Of a stretch of 64,000 nucleotides of DNA, positions 44,346 to 57,650 are shown piece by piece. Source of the stretch: the human T2T-CHM13v2.0 reference genome, Homo sapiens. Position 1 is the first letter of the stretch. Each line of letters opens with the position of its first letter. Both the position numbers and the translations under genes were made by a program. The notes under the pieces were generated by a model. The model did not search any database, was not told the DNA's origin, and saw only the letters and a list, made by a program, of their open reading frames with translations. Location of the stretch: the NCBI RefSeq assembly GCF_009914755.1, contig NC_060928.1; one strand, 5' to 3'.

Positions 44346-46128
44346 AGTACTTCCCCAACTTGCCTAGCTGATATTCCCATATGGATGTCCCCAAAGATTA
44401 TCAACTCAGCACGTCCAATGTTGAATTCATGCTATTATCTAATATTAATCATTTTGTAGTTGTTCTATTATCAATAAATGACATTTTCTATTTAGCAGAT
44501 AAAGAGAAAAACCTGGATTTATACTTCACACATTCCTTCCCAGGACAATTCATATTCATCAATCCATTGTGTTTTAATGATTTTAGAGTTTAACAACTCC
44601 TTTAGTGCCACATTACCACGACTCAAAATAAAAAATCTCTTGCCTAGGTTGCTATAATACTTTTCTAACTTGCTTCTTTACATCCAGCCTCAAACACCAA
44701 TTATTTTCCCTTACTGGAATATTCAAATCACATGCTATTCCAGTGCTAACAACTTATTAAATTGCCTCAAACTATTTTTAAAATAAAGTCTAAGGTTCTT
44801 TATATGGACCACACTTTACTCCTTTATTGACACTAGACAATATTCCACGTGGTAGACTCTCTCTCAACCTAGATATGTGGGTAAATATATACAATAAAGA
44901 GTCCTCTCCCCTTTCTTGAGGTACAATTTAACCAAGAGAAATAAATTTGAATGTATATGTTTTGATTTTGTTATGTTGACTATTATTAATACATAAGTCT
45001 AGGGAAATCTGATTAATACCCTGTACTCCTCCTCAGCAGTTGGCACCTTGAAATTATTTGATTATTTGTAAATTTTTATTTTAAAATGTATCTTGCTGGT
45101 AGACCATATCTTGATGGAGAGAGAAGTTTTAACAGTCCAACTTACTCCTGTGCCTAAATAAAAATAAATAATAGACAGTATACATAGATAGTGTATATAT
45201 TTTTATATTATAAAAGTACACACATATGTGTGTGTGTATGTGTGTGTGAGTATTATATATATAAAGTCTCTGGCCCCATTAATCTTACACTCAAAAGAAA
45301 AAAAACAAATATGACCATTACTGTGCATGAAGTTTAGGTGGCTGATAATAAAATGGAAATGAATATACACTGCAGATAAGCATCAATATGTTAGAATTTT
45401 CCACCTCACTCATTTGCCTTTTCATATTTTGTAACATAAAGACCTTTAAAAATATTGTAACTTATTATGTTTATACATTTTCTTTCTTAAAACCTTTAAG
45501 CAGAGAAATTTCCAAAATTGTGAATGAAAGTAAGTTATATGAAGTTATATTTTACAGCATTATGTTATTGCTGATCAGATACAATGAAGAAAATTTCTGG
45601 TATTTTTTTACTTTATATTATTATTTTCTTATTCTCTCACTTGAAAACCTAAGTAAGATGATGTTCTATAGTGCTAGAGAGGTCACATAGAGGAAGTGAG
45701 AGTTCAACTAATATCTAAAAAATGATATGGAGTTGGACAGGTAACAACAGCATACATGAAAGTCTAGAAATAGGGAGAGATTGACATTGTTGAGAAATTT
45801 AGATATTAACAATATAGATGGATTCAAACTGTGAATGTGCATGGGAGGCAGGGGAAAGGGACAGAAAAGAAGATGGAGAGACAGAGGTAGGTTACAGATA
45901 ATAAGAGACATACAATCTACACTAATAAGTTTTGTTTAAAGGAATATAAAATCTTTGGAAAGTTTGAATAATGAAATGACTGTTTCATGATTTGGGCAAA
46001 CATAGCTAAATAAAACCAACATGATCTTTAATGTAATGAAGTTAATGGTACAGTCGGACTCAAATAAGCAAATTATAGTTCCAGTTCAAAAGGATCATTT
46101 TTGATGATTTATAGGGTATTCACCTGTA

Positions 46129-46483
46129 CAGTAGAGTTTTCCAGAGGCTACATATAACATGTGATATTATAATACTTTAAATATCCAAAATGAGACCCCA
46201 ACTGGTTCCATTAAGACAGAAATTGAAAAGATTTGAAAAAATGTAAAAGAACTATTCTCACCAATTGTTTCCTATGGAAATACTTATTTCTCATAAAATA
46301 TAATTTATGTTAACATACAATTGGTTTATTGTTTTATAAATAAATGAATTAAAGTTATTAGTCTCAATGTAAGATAAGGTAATTATAAATGGAAATAATT
46401 TACATAAACAAAAGATTGTGGTGACCTCAGTGATTGTTAAGGATGGCAAGGGATCCTGAAACCAAAACTTTTGAGATTCATTT
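46129..46483. mobile_element. hAT-Charlie1 terminal fragment
   Basis: cagtagagttttccagaggctacat...ttaagacagaaattgaaaagatttgaaaaaatgtaaaa...cataaacaaaag...gggatcctgaaaccaaaacttttgaga. Confidence 0.75.
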
Positions 46484-47444
46484 TTCTATTGGGTAGAGAA
46501 TTTAAGCTTATAATATTTTTCTTTTTAAAATTATTATCTGTGTCCCTCTCCCTTTTTGATTGCCTATGCAATCAATGATCCCTAATTAGAGAAGGAGAAA
46601 CTACTTTTTTATTTATAAGAGATTCTCCAAAATACAGAAAAAATTTAAGCAAATTTACTTTTCATTTTATAGTCTGTGCTATTTGTTAAATATGCATTAC
46701 ATATATTTAGCAAGCCAAAAATAAGATTGTCTCTAGAATTTCTAAAAATGTATGATGCCTTGCTAGCTCTCTAGAACATCTACTGTCTTACTATTTAACA
46801 AATAATTTTTTCCCATGAATCAGATTGCATGAATATCTAGAAAATCATAACTTCATGCAGAGGTTTTCTAACAGTTAACATATTGAAATAATATCCCTCC
46901 TCAAGGATAGAACATATATTTTAGACATACCTATATGTAGGAAAATTTATTTCATATAGGGATGTTCAAGTCAACTGAGAAAAGTAAAAAAAAAAACTAA
47001 GTAGGAGACAGAAAAAGAAGTTCATTAATGTGCGTATATATCAGTGCATGTTTTATATGACCCAATTACCTGTCTCATTCCTTTCTCTTATCTCTTATGT
47101 TTTCCCACAGAGTAATTTATATGTAATTATGGTTTGGAAAACTGGGACAGAGTCTGTGAAAGTCTTAACACTTGAAGTTTTATAATGTTCTGTTTCAAAT
47201 TAAAGTTCAGAGAGACATTCTTAACCCAAGTCTGTCTCTTAAAAACTCTGGTTCCAGGATAACTGGACTATAAGAAAGAGCACGTATGAGAGATGCAAAG
47301 AACTGGGAAGTAGCCTAAATTTAGAGATTGAAGACACAGGATTGGGATTATTTCCTTCTTCACAGCCAATAATCAATCATATCCTGAGTATTTTATAATA
47401 AAAAGAGAATTCCAAAACTACTATTTCCTGTAGTTTCAGAGGCA

Positions 47445-47680
47445 GCAAGGCATAATATAATGAACAAAATCTTGAATGTTTATTCAAACTGACACAATTG
47501 CTAATTAAATTTTGTAATTTAATTGGTGGGTGAATGTAGGTAACTTATCTATGTGATAGTCTGATTACTCATTAGGAAAACGAGCATAATGTTACCTTTC
47601 AGGGAATTTATGAGTTTTAATGATAACATGTATGGAATTGTTAGAACAGTCTATGGCATACAATAGGTATCTGAGAATTT
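47445..47680 (+). mobile_element. MIR SINE, degraded
   Basis: ttacctttcagggaatttatgagttttaatgataacatgtatggaattgttagaacagtctatggcatacaatagg. Confidence 0.55.
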
Positions 47681-48065
47681 GTTTTTCTGATTTTGTCATA
47701 AAACATTCCTGTATGAAATGCCCAAGAACGTGTGGTTTCTTCTGCAATTTGAAGCATTGTTTTAATACAGATTAGATATTTAACATATATGAAGTTTAGT
47801 GCTAGTCATATTGATAAATTATTTGAAAAACTAACTCCCCCATTACTAATTTTTGTGACTTACTTTGATGAATCAAAGTTTATACTTTGGTGAAATTTTT
47901 TAATCAAGTTTTAGTATCTGATAAAAATATAGTCAACATAAATTATGCTTTCCTTTGTACATGAGAAGACATCGTTTTTGATAACATTTCACTACAAATG
48001 AGTTTTATTTTATGAAATAAATCTCACTTTAGGAGCAATGGTTATTTATATAAACTTCCTTCAAA

Positions 48066-48122
<57 letters not shown>
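48066..48122 (+). repeat. (TG)n(TA)n microsatellite
   Basis: Seen directly. Confidence 0.97.
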
Positions 48123-48125
<3 letters not shown>

Positions 48126-48515
48126 ATTTTTCTACTGCCTTGAAATTCTTAAATAAGTAAATAATTGGTTAATTTACTTTTCATGATTAAGCAATATGCA
48201 TTCCTTTTATAATAATGCATTTAGCAATATTCAACTTGGGCTATTTATTCAAGTTTTGGATTTATAGTCACACATAAAATTTGATGGTTAAAGCAAATTT
48301 TCTAATAATGTGACCCTAAATCAGTCTGCGTCTTGTCTAATTTGGCTTTGTGTGAAAGCAAATAAAAACTGGTTGTTTTAAAACTATGTCTATTTAAATC
48401 TTAGAAGATATGGCACAATTGTGCAACACAACAAACAGCCGTAGAAGAAGATATAAAAACTAATTCTGGGGCATTTATTTTACAATTTGTTTCCTTTGTA
48501 ATTTGATAGTATCCA

Positions 48516-48517
<2 letters not shown>

Positions 48518-48553
<36 letters not shown>
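48518..48553 (+). repeat. (GT)n microsatellite
   Basis: Seen directly. Confidence 0.97.
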
Positions 48554-48557
<4 letters not shown>

Positions 48558-50874
48558 ATAAAGATATTATTGAGTCATATTAAGAAATTATATATATATA
48601 CACACACACGGAGAGACACACGTGCAATTTAGACTAGTAAAAAAAAGGAGAGGAAAAAACAAAAGAAATTCATAAATGTGTATATATATCAGTGCACATT
48701 TCATATGATACAATTACCTCTCTAATTCCTTTCTCTTGTTTTTTTCACATAGTAATTTCTCAGTAATAAATGCTCACACACACAAACACACACAATTAAG
48801 TCTTGTATTACCTAAATAAATGTGTCAACATATCTCTGGAAGTTTGAGATAGCATATGAGGCAGTGGGTCAAAACAGAGAATAAACATGGAGCATGTTTT
48901 TGGCAGTTCAATTTACCTTGAAGCTTTTAGGGAAAATATTATTTCAAAAACTATGGACATATTATGGTACATCATGGAATTATGAGTTTTTAAGATAAAC
49001 TCAAACATTTTTTAAAAAGATTTCCTCTTAAAGGGTTTCTTTGGACTATGACCTAAGAGACTACTTTGATGTTAGGAGCGTATCAATAGAAGTATGGAGA
49101 AGTATCACTTTTAACTGTTACATTGGTTTCATGTTTCCCATTATAGATAGCTAAATTATTTTATTAATTCTATTGACAGAATGTGCTGATGAAAAAATTT
49201 AGTTTCACATAATTTGCCAAATTGTACATTAACTTAGCCCGGCCATACATGGGCTCCCAAAACATGATTCCACAATAATTCTCTGACTTTAATTTCCATG
49301 TCATTATTGCTATCCTCTAGTTTGATGCTCTTTAATATGCCCATATGTTATAGATAATTAAAAAGCTGGAAAGAAAATAATTGGTCTTATATGTCATTTT
49401 TATTTTATACATATAAATTAAACTTTAAGAAATAAAGGCACATTTTCAATGATATAACTGAAGTTGATGGTTTAGCCAGATCTAGAATCCAGGTCTCTTT
49501 TTACTCTAAACTCTGTCATCCCAGTCATGATAAAGCCCCTGCCATCCTTAACATGGGATGTCCTTTTCTTTCTTTTATAATCCCACAAATATTTTGAGGT
49601 TATGAAACTGAAACTTTTTTTTACTAAGTAGATTCTGAGGAATCATGTAATGAATTTAATTGATTTTTTATGCAAAGAAAATAGCTACCTTAAATTTCAG
49701 CTCTTCAAAGTACTGCTCATTTGTAAAATTATACAAATGCATTTACTCTTCTAATTTATTAATATTTTGATGAGAAGTATCTAAATGTTCTCAACAGTAT
49801 GAATGAATACAAGTTAGGCAAATTGATCATTTGGTAGAAAATGCCTTTTCAATCACTCTGATTTCAAAACTGAAGAGTGTTTGAAAAATTAGTGCAACTT
49901 TTAGTCATTACATATAACCCTAATTATTTGTACTTTTACCCTTTCCTGATGAAACAGAACCCTTTTCAAATAAGAATATAATGTTAATGAAACAAATCCC
50001 ACTAGTTCTTAATGGGCATTTTTCACTTAGATTGGTCATAATCTCAAATTACTTTTAACAAGCTGTCCTGATAAAGATACATCCAATTTGGTATAGAAAA
50101 CGACACTAAAGGAAGCACAGAATGATTGAAATTGTTTTAGAGACTGCAAATCAAGCATTTTTACTTTCATAGTCAAGTACAGTTTCTTTATTGTAAATCA
50201 AAGAAATTTCTGGTTGACTTTAATTGGTAGAATACATTCATTATCAAAAGTTTCTTTTCCAAGGGTATTATATAATGTGATTGAAAAATGACTAGTAGGT
50301 AATGTGTGAATTTTTAATTAGGTGGCTTCTGCCATCCCTAAGACTTTATAGAAGAAAATTGAAGTAAAATAATTTTAATGAAGAAAATAATGTTTTTCTT
50401 AGAGGCCTATGATTTATTCCTCCTCCACTATCTCTCTATGGCTCTTTTTCACCCCTGCAGTTAATTAGAAGTACTCCAAATTTAATTGCCTTTTCAAAAA
50501 TTGTGCAACTCATCACTTTGCGTGATTTTAGTCCTGAACCCTAACTTCTCTGTACTTATTATCATTGATGACCTCTTTGACCATTCTGTGTAGTTCTCTT
50601 TCCATGTGCTGGTTTGAGGTCACTATCATTTGACCTCTCACAGGGCCTTTCACCCAGTTAAGTAAAAATTTACAACTAGTTGGTGAGCCTCAATCCCTTA
50701 CTGCTAATTAGCCTTGCTCTTAGTCTGTGTTGGCATGCCTTGCCATGTCTGTAGTACTAATTATGAAATGAAGGGATGCAATGTATAGATGGAGTCATTT
50801 TAAAATTTGACTTTACATCAGATATCCAAGTCATTATTCTTGAGGCAGGTAAGTCATGTCTCCTTGTCTTTTGT

Positions 50875-50883
<9 letters not shown>

Positions 50884-50928
<45 letters not shown>
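50884..50928 (+). repeat. (TA)n microsatellite
   Basis: Seen directly; about 22 units. Confidence 0.97.
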
Positions 50929-50931
<3 letters not shown>

Positions 50932-51288
50932 TCAGATTTATTGCATTTAATGGTCTGTGGACTCAAACTGTGATGAGATGGTTACAGATACTACAAAGGT
51001 GAATCTATGATTGAATTCTGCTACTCAATCAATATGACAAAGAAAGGAATAAATTAAAATACCTGCAATTTTATAGGGGGAAAAATCACTGAAAATAATT
51101 GGTATTGATAGCATCGAGTTCCAAATTACATTCAACATCTATAAGGTGGTGCCCTGCAACCACTTAGATAGATAAGAGAATTTCAACTTTGCTTCTTGCG
51201 CAGAAGCATTGAGGTACTACTTCTGACCTTAACCTAATATGGATCTTGTTCATCCATTACCATATATAGTTTAATACATGAATAGTTC

Positions 51289-51732
51289 TGTTACCAGTGG
51301 AGGGTGTCCAGGTTCTTGGCGTTTTGAACAAATAATTGGAGAAAATGCACAAACAAAGCAAGGAAAGAATGAAGCAGCAAAAGCAGAGATTTATTGAAAA
51401 TGAAAGTACATCCCACAGGGTGGGAGCCGGCGAGGCGGCAGTTGAAGGGCCCCGGATTCAGAATCTTCTCAGGTCCAAATACCCCCCAGAGATTTCCCAT
51501 TGGCTACTTGGTGTTCACCCCATGTAAATGAAGTGGTGGCCTGCAACCAATCAGGAGTACTTTCAACTTTCCATCTGCTGTGCAGAAAAGGTGGGGGTTT
51601 GCAAAGGGGTAGCCTCCGGTCCTTTTGTTACTTAGGAATGGAAAGTTAGGATTTTCCTTTCAATTTAGTTCTAGGAAGTCAATGTGAAACGGCTTCAGGT
51701 TCCCTGACTCCAGACCCTATTCTCTGGCCTCA
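51289..51732 (-). mobile_element. MER51-family ERV1 solo LTR
   Basis: tgttaccagtggagggtgtccaggttcttggcgttttgaacaaa...gcagagatttattgaaaatgaaagtaca...ccagaccctattctctggcctca; flanks gttc/attc. Confidence 0.85.
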
Positions 51733-52194
51733 ATTCTAGTGGTTGTTGTTTTTAATCGTTTTCTCAGGTGATCCATGAGAGGTTTTACATCAGTGAGGAA
51801 ACAAATAACCTATTTATTTTCATTATTCTGATTTTCTTTTCCATTAAGTAGCTGGAGATACTAAAGAGAGGAAAAATCGAATTTCCAGTTGTATGAATTT
51901 GTAAAATATGAATATATTAGAAACAGAATAATGAGATATTAAAGTTGTGAAAGATCTATCACTTAACACAGAGTGAGGAATATTATAGACCTTCAGAAGA
52001 CGTTTTGTATGGGATGTATAATCTAGCAGACCCTTCTGTTATTAAATATGTATTTAAACAATTATTCTGAAAATTACTTATACTTAAAATATTGAAACAT
52101 AATTAATAAGCTCACTGTGTTATTTCGTGTATGTTACATTACATATTTTTTCTCTGAATGTAGTTGTTATACATGGGTGTGCCCTGTTGATACC

Positions 52195-52750
<556 letters not shown>

Positions 52751-54109
52751 CATTTTATTTAACTTCTAGCATATTACAATACACACTTTTAAAACACTAA
52801 AAAAGATTCATTTCACTGTGTTTAAAGCCATTGCAGTTATTTTGCTCAATTAATTTGAACACATATTGATATTTGTTTGGGGATAAAATAAAAAGCATCT
52901 TATTTTCCCAAAATATTTCAAAGTGAACATGCAAGCTTCCTATTTTTTTTCTCATAGTGTTTTTTCTTGTTGTTTTTTGGTCCATCAGCTAGGTAATTTA
53001 GCTAGATCACACCAACGAACAGCAGAGCTCTTTTAAAAGTTGGGTCACACCAATTTCACAGCTCTATGTGCTAATTACTATAGTGTGTAAAAATAATTCA
53101 ATATTAAAGATGTGATTTAATAAAATATAACAACTGTTTTACACAAACTCAAGACATTTATATAATCAAGTATAATGAATAGTAATCTATGTAGAAGAGA
53201 TATAGTTTGCCATGGAATTTAAGAAAAACTTAAGTTCTGATACTTTCAAAAAAAAAAAAAGAAATAAACCTGAAAATAATGAAGAATTTTTAAGTAAAAA
53301 TATAGGCTGCCCCAATGTTAATTTGTATATTTTAAGTAGTGACCCACTTACTTTGAAAATACTGTAATGTTTTACACATGGCATTGTGCCTCTGTTCCTT
53401 GCCCTTCCACTATGGCTGAGCATTATTACACTAAGTGGAAATGGTGATAAGACCTATATTTTACCTTCCCCGTAAAACATGTAGTTTTCTTTTGCTATTG
53501 GTAGGTAACACACTACAAAAAAATCCTAATCTTTGAAAAAAAAAATCATGACTGTCTTTTTGCTAAATCATAAGTGAAAGCTCCAGGAAAGATAAATTAG
53601 AGCCTCTGTTGGTCTTTCATCTCTAGCGGTCTCCTGAGTAGACAGGAGGTGTTGATAAGTGCGACACTTGCTGCTTCCTCAGCTCTCACTTCTGAGTTGT
53701 GTTATCAGCTGCGGGGCTTTAATCTTGAGTACTCATCAGTTTCTTCCTTTTTTATTTGCTCTTCTCCCTGCCCTACACACCCTTCTTGATAGCATCTGCT
53801 ATTTTCACTATCTCCATGTGATTAGCTTGCTGTCCCACAGTGTTCAGCTCACTATGTATTCCAAATGATTCCAATTTGCTTTTGATTTTAAATTAAAATT
53901 AAAACAGCTGTTTTCAAATGAACACCTCCTATATCCCAGGGTTTGTGCTTGAACCTGTTGGATATTTAGAAAAATATATAGATTCTCCTCCCATTACTGA
54001 ATACAAAGCATAAAGGCAAGAGAAAATCCTCTTCCTTTTTTAACTCTAAAGACTTCACTTGGACTGAAGAGCTTAAATTCTTGAAACTCCCTCTGTCCCA
54101 TTTTTACAG

Positions 54110-54201
54110 TGATTGTAGGCCAATATCTTATGCAAGAGTTTCATCATACCTCGGGGCTAACTTAAGGAAATAAAAAAATATATATCATGTTTAAGATTCT
54201 G
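54110..54201 (+). other. Candidate 92-nt non-coding exon
   Basis: Acceptor ctccctctgtcccatttttacAG| and donor CTG|GTGAGT; stops in all three frames. Prediction only. Confidence 0.4.
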
Positions 54202-54637
54202 GTGAGTCTTGGTTCAGATGAGGCTGATCACCCTCAAGGAGAAGATTCTTGTGTAGTATTTTCTATGTTCTGCTTCTTAGGTGCTGCTTACTCCCTGAGG
54301 CATAGTCTAAGTGTAAGACGAGAATTCAAGGAATTTCTCCTTTCCAGAAATGTCAAGCGTTATTTCGCTATGGGTCAAGATAACCTCTTCACATTATGTT
54401 GTACGTAGAAAAGAATTTTTCTTCCTCACTAAAAAGGGGGGCTGTATTGCTTTCAAAAATTAATCTTATGAATGAGGTTTGTATGTATGCCCATGCTTTG
54501 CTTTAACAGCTATCTTTTAGATACCTAGAACAGAAAGTAAGAGAATCTTGCTATGGGATTAACTCTTTGATGTTCTTTTGTTTGGACTGTGAGGGCAATT
54601 GTAAGAAATAAGCCATTTTATTATTTTTTCTTTCCAG

Positions 54638-54700
54638 GGTATTAAGTCCCTCCAGCTAACCACAGGAGACAGTGGAGAGCTTAGTGAGGAGTTAGAATAA
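54638..54700 (+). other. Candidate exon start (possibly terminal); 3' end not determined
   Basis: Very strong acceptor attttattattttttctttccAG|G, 436 nt after the 54202 donor. Phase-0 frame reads GIKSLQLTTGDSGELSEELE*. Confidence 0.3.
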
Positions 54701-55353
54701 TGAAAAGAGCACGTCCTGCCGCTCAGTCACTGTTGCATGAGTGCTGGATGTTCAAGACACACTGTTTTACTTCATATTCTCAAGGCTAGTCATTTTCCAA
54801 AGCAGAGCCAGATGCGATGGTTGCTGATGCTGGAAGATAACTTAAACCCCAACCCAGGAATCAGGTTCTATTCTTTTCTCCATATTAGCAACTTGAATTA
54901 TTTTTGTTCCCTAATCCTAACTATTTTTCCAGTTAGGAACCCAGTTGGGTCTTTATAAAGACCCAAAATGATCAATCTCCTCTCTGAAGACTATCTTTGT
55001 AAAACACATTGGTCAGGCAATGTTTGTTGATAAGATAAAAAAAGTTCTTATTTCATACTTTACCAAGGCTAATAGATGTCTTTTTTCACATGTTGGTATA
55101 ATCAAAAGATGCCTCAATGGAACCATTGAAAAACAAGACAGAGATTATACTAAATGCAAACAAACTGCATATGTCATTTAAATGACTGAAGTCATTAAAC
55201 TTATTTATAGAGCATACAAATTATATGTACTTTATCAAAGATCCACCTTACATATAAGGATGAAAAAAAGTTGAAAGGAAAAAGTATTCACATATGTGAA
55301 TACGAATGATAACCTGGGTATACTGATGTACATATTAAAAGTTTGCAGATTAA

Positions 55354-55654
55354 GGCCAGTCACAATGGCTCACACCTGTAATCCCAGTACTTTGGGAGGC
55401 TGAGGCAGATGGATCACTTGAGGTCAGGAGTTTGGGATCAGCCTGGTCAACATGGTGAAACCCCATCTCTACTAAAAATACAAAAATCAGCCAGGTGTGG
55501 TGGCACACACCTGTAACCCCAACTACTCAGAAGGCTGACGCAGGAGAATTGCTTGAACCCAGGAGGTGGAGGTTGTAGTGAGCTGAGATCACACCAGCGC
55601 ACTCTAGCCTGGGCAGCAAAGCAAAACTCAGTCTCAACAACAACAACAACAAAA
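55354..55654 (+). mobile_element. AluS
   Basis: Full Alu with (CAA)n tail; 17-bp TSD aaaag(t/g)ttgcagattaa at 55337-55353 and 55655-55671. Confidence 0.94.
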
Positions 55655-56124
55655 AAAAGGTTGCAGATTAAAAAGAGAAATAGAATTTTAAAATCATGCT
55701 GGAAGATTTTATCACACATCTTTTAGTAGAAAAATATTTATCAGAGAAGATTGAGAAGAGTTAAGCAACACAATTAACAAATTTGACTTAACTGACATAG
55801 AATGTCTCCAAGAACTGCAGAGTATGCATTTCTTATCAAGCATATATAAAGTATATTCTGGGCCCTGTATCCAATCTCAGTGAACTTTGAAGTATTGAAA
55901 TCATACAGAGAACAACTTCAGAGAACAATAGTACTACATTGGAAATCAGTAATAAATGGGTACTTTTTAAAATGTACCTCCATGTTTCTAAGTGATTAGT
56001 AATCAAAGAGGAAATCATAATGGGATTAAATACATGTTGAACTAAATATAAATAATAAAACCTGGTCTATTAAAACTTGCAAATTTTAGCTATGGCTAGA
56101 CTTCTATTAAGAACTAAAAAATTA

Positions 56125-56396
56125 GGACCAGGCAAGGTAGCTCATGCCTGTAATCCCACCACTTTGTGGACCCAAGATGGGAGAATTACCTTAGCTCGGG
56201 ACTTTGAGACCAACCTGGGCAACATAGCAAGACCTTGTCTCTACTAAAAATCAAAAAAAGAAAAAATAGCAGTGTGTGGTTGTTACACCTGCAGTCACAG
56301 CTACGTGGGAGATTGAGGTGAGAGGATCACTTGAGCCTGGAAGATCGAGGCTGCTGCTGCACCCTAGACTAGATGACAGAGTGAGACCCTGTCTCA

Positions 56397-56399
<3 letters not shown>
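56125..56399 (+). mobile_element. AluJ
   Basis: caacctgggcaacatagcaagacc; gaggatcacttgagcctggaagatcgaggctgc (J diagnostics). Confidence 0.9.
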
Positions 56400-56427
<28 letters not shown>

Positions 56428-56522
56428 AAGAAAGAAAGAGAGAGAGAAAGAAAAAAGAAAGAAAGAGAAAGAAAGAAGAAAAGAAAGAAAGAAGAAAAGA
56501 AAGAAAGAAGAAAAGAAAGAAA

Positions 56523-56595
<73 letters not shown>

Positions 56596-56620
56596 AAAGA
56601 AAGGAAGAGAAAGAAAGAAA
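56400..56620 (+). repeat. (GA)n/(GAAA)n polypurine tract derived from the AluJ tail
   Basis: About 220 nt of A and G only, seen directly. Confidence 0.97.
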
Positions 56621-56627
56621 CAGATAA

Positions 56628-57185
56628 TGTTTTAGTTTTCTGTTGCTGCTGAGAAGCTACTAAACACTAAGCAACTTTAACAACACAAGTCTATTATTTC
56701 ATAGTTCTGAAGGTCAGAAATCTGAGCAGGTACTAACTGGAATTTCTGCTCAGTCTCACCAGGAGGAAATTTAAGCCTGATTTCTCCCAAATCTTGTGGT
56801 GCTCTTCTGAGCTCACTGGTTGTTGATAGAAATCAATTTCTTCTGGTAAGTCTGAGGTCTTCAGCTCCTACAGGCCATCCTCCATTCTCTGCCAAATGGC
56901 CCTCCAGACAACATGATAGTTTTCTTTCTTCCATGTCAGTAATCGAAAATCTCTGTCACTTCACCATTTTTAATATGCCTTTCATAATAGTCCAGGCCCA
57001 CCCAGAATAACCTTCATTTTAATTAATTCAAAGTCAACTGACTAGTAGCTTAATCATAGTAGTGATATGCCATCATATTCTCCTCTCTTGATATATTACT
57101 TCTCCCATCCACACTCAACAAAACTATATGTGACCTGTACATCAGGGAGAGGAATCTTGGGGGACACCTTAAAATACTGTCTACA
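56628..57185 (-). mobile_element. MLT1 LTR (MLT1E-like)
   Basis: tgttttagttttctgttgctgct...atagttctgaaggtcagaaatctgagc...ggaatcttgggggacaccttaaaatactgtctaca. Confidence 0.75.
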
Positions 57186-57340
57186 TAGGGACAAAAAGAG
57201 GTTATATGCTATCAACAACTTTATTCTAATCTATTTAAATAGAGAAAATGAATATTTAAAAAAACATAATTTGCCAAAACTGATAGAATAAATTAAAAAA
57301 TTAAAACATTCCTATAGCTATGAAAATAACAGGTTTTGTG

Positions 57341-57650
57341 ATTTATTTATTTATTTATTTATTTATGAGACAGAGTCTCAGTCTGTCACCCAGGCTGGAG
57401 TGCAGTGGCATTATCTCAGCTCACTACAACCTCCATCTCCTGGGTTCAAGTGATTCTCAGGCCTCAGCCTCCTAAGTAGCTGGGACTATAGGCACGTGCC
57501 ACCATGCCCAGCTAATTTTTTGTATTTGTAAATAGAGACAGGGTTTTGCCATGTTGGCCAGGCTGGTCTCGAACTCCTGATCTCAAGTGATCTGCTCGAC
57601 TTGGCCTCTCAAAGTGCTGGGACTACAGGTGTGAGCCACCGTGGCCAGCC
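57341..57650 (-). mobile_element. Alu (Sz/Sx-like)
   Basis: Reverse Alu with (ATTT)n tail. Confidence 0.92.

Larger units (their letters stand above)
42620..44810 (+). mobile_element. Degraded L2 fragments interrupted by a microsatellite and a MIR
   Basis: Pyrimidine-rich L2 ORF-like text (tataaattcatggtcaccaaactcaaat; gaaaactgcacttgctaagtcac; atattcccatatggatgtcccc...caactcagcacgtccaa). Confidence 0.55.

Noticed and set aside
50822-50854. Perfect donor CAG|GTAAGT with a possible 27-nt micro-exon
   Set aside because: The upstream acceptor has a poor pyrimidine tract; one consensus donor in 64 kb is expected by chance.
56276-56635. 119-aa K/E/R-rich ORF
   Set aside because: Translation of the AluJ end and the (GAAA)n tract.
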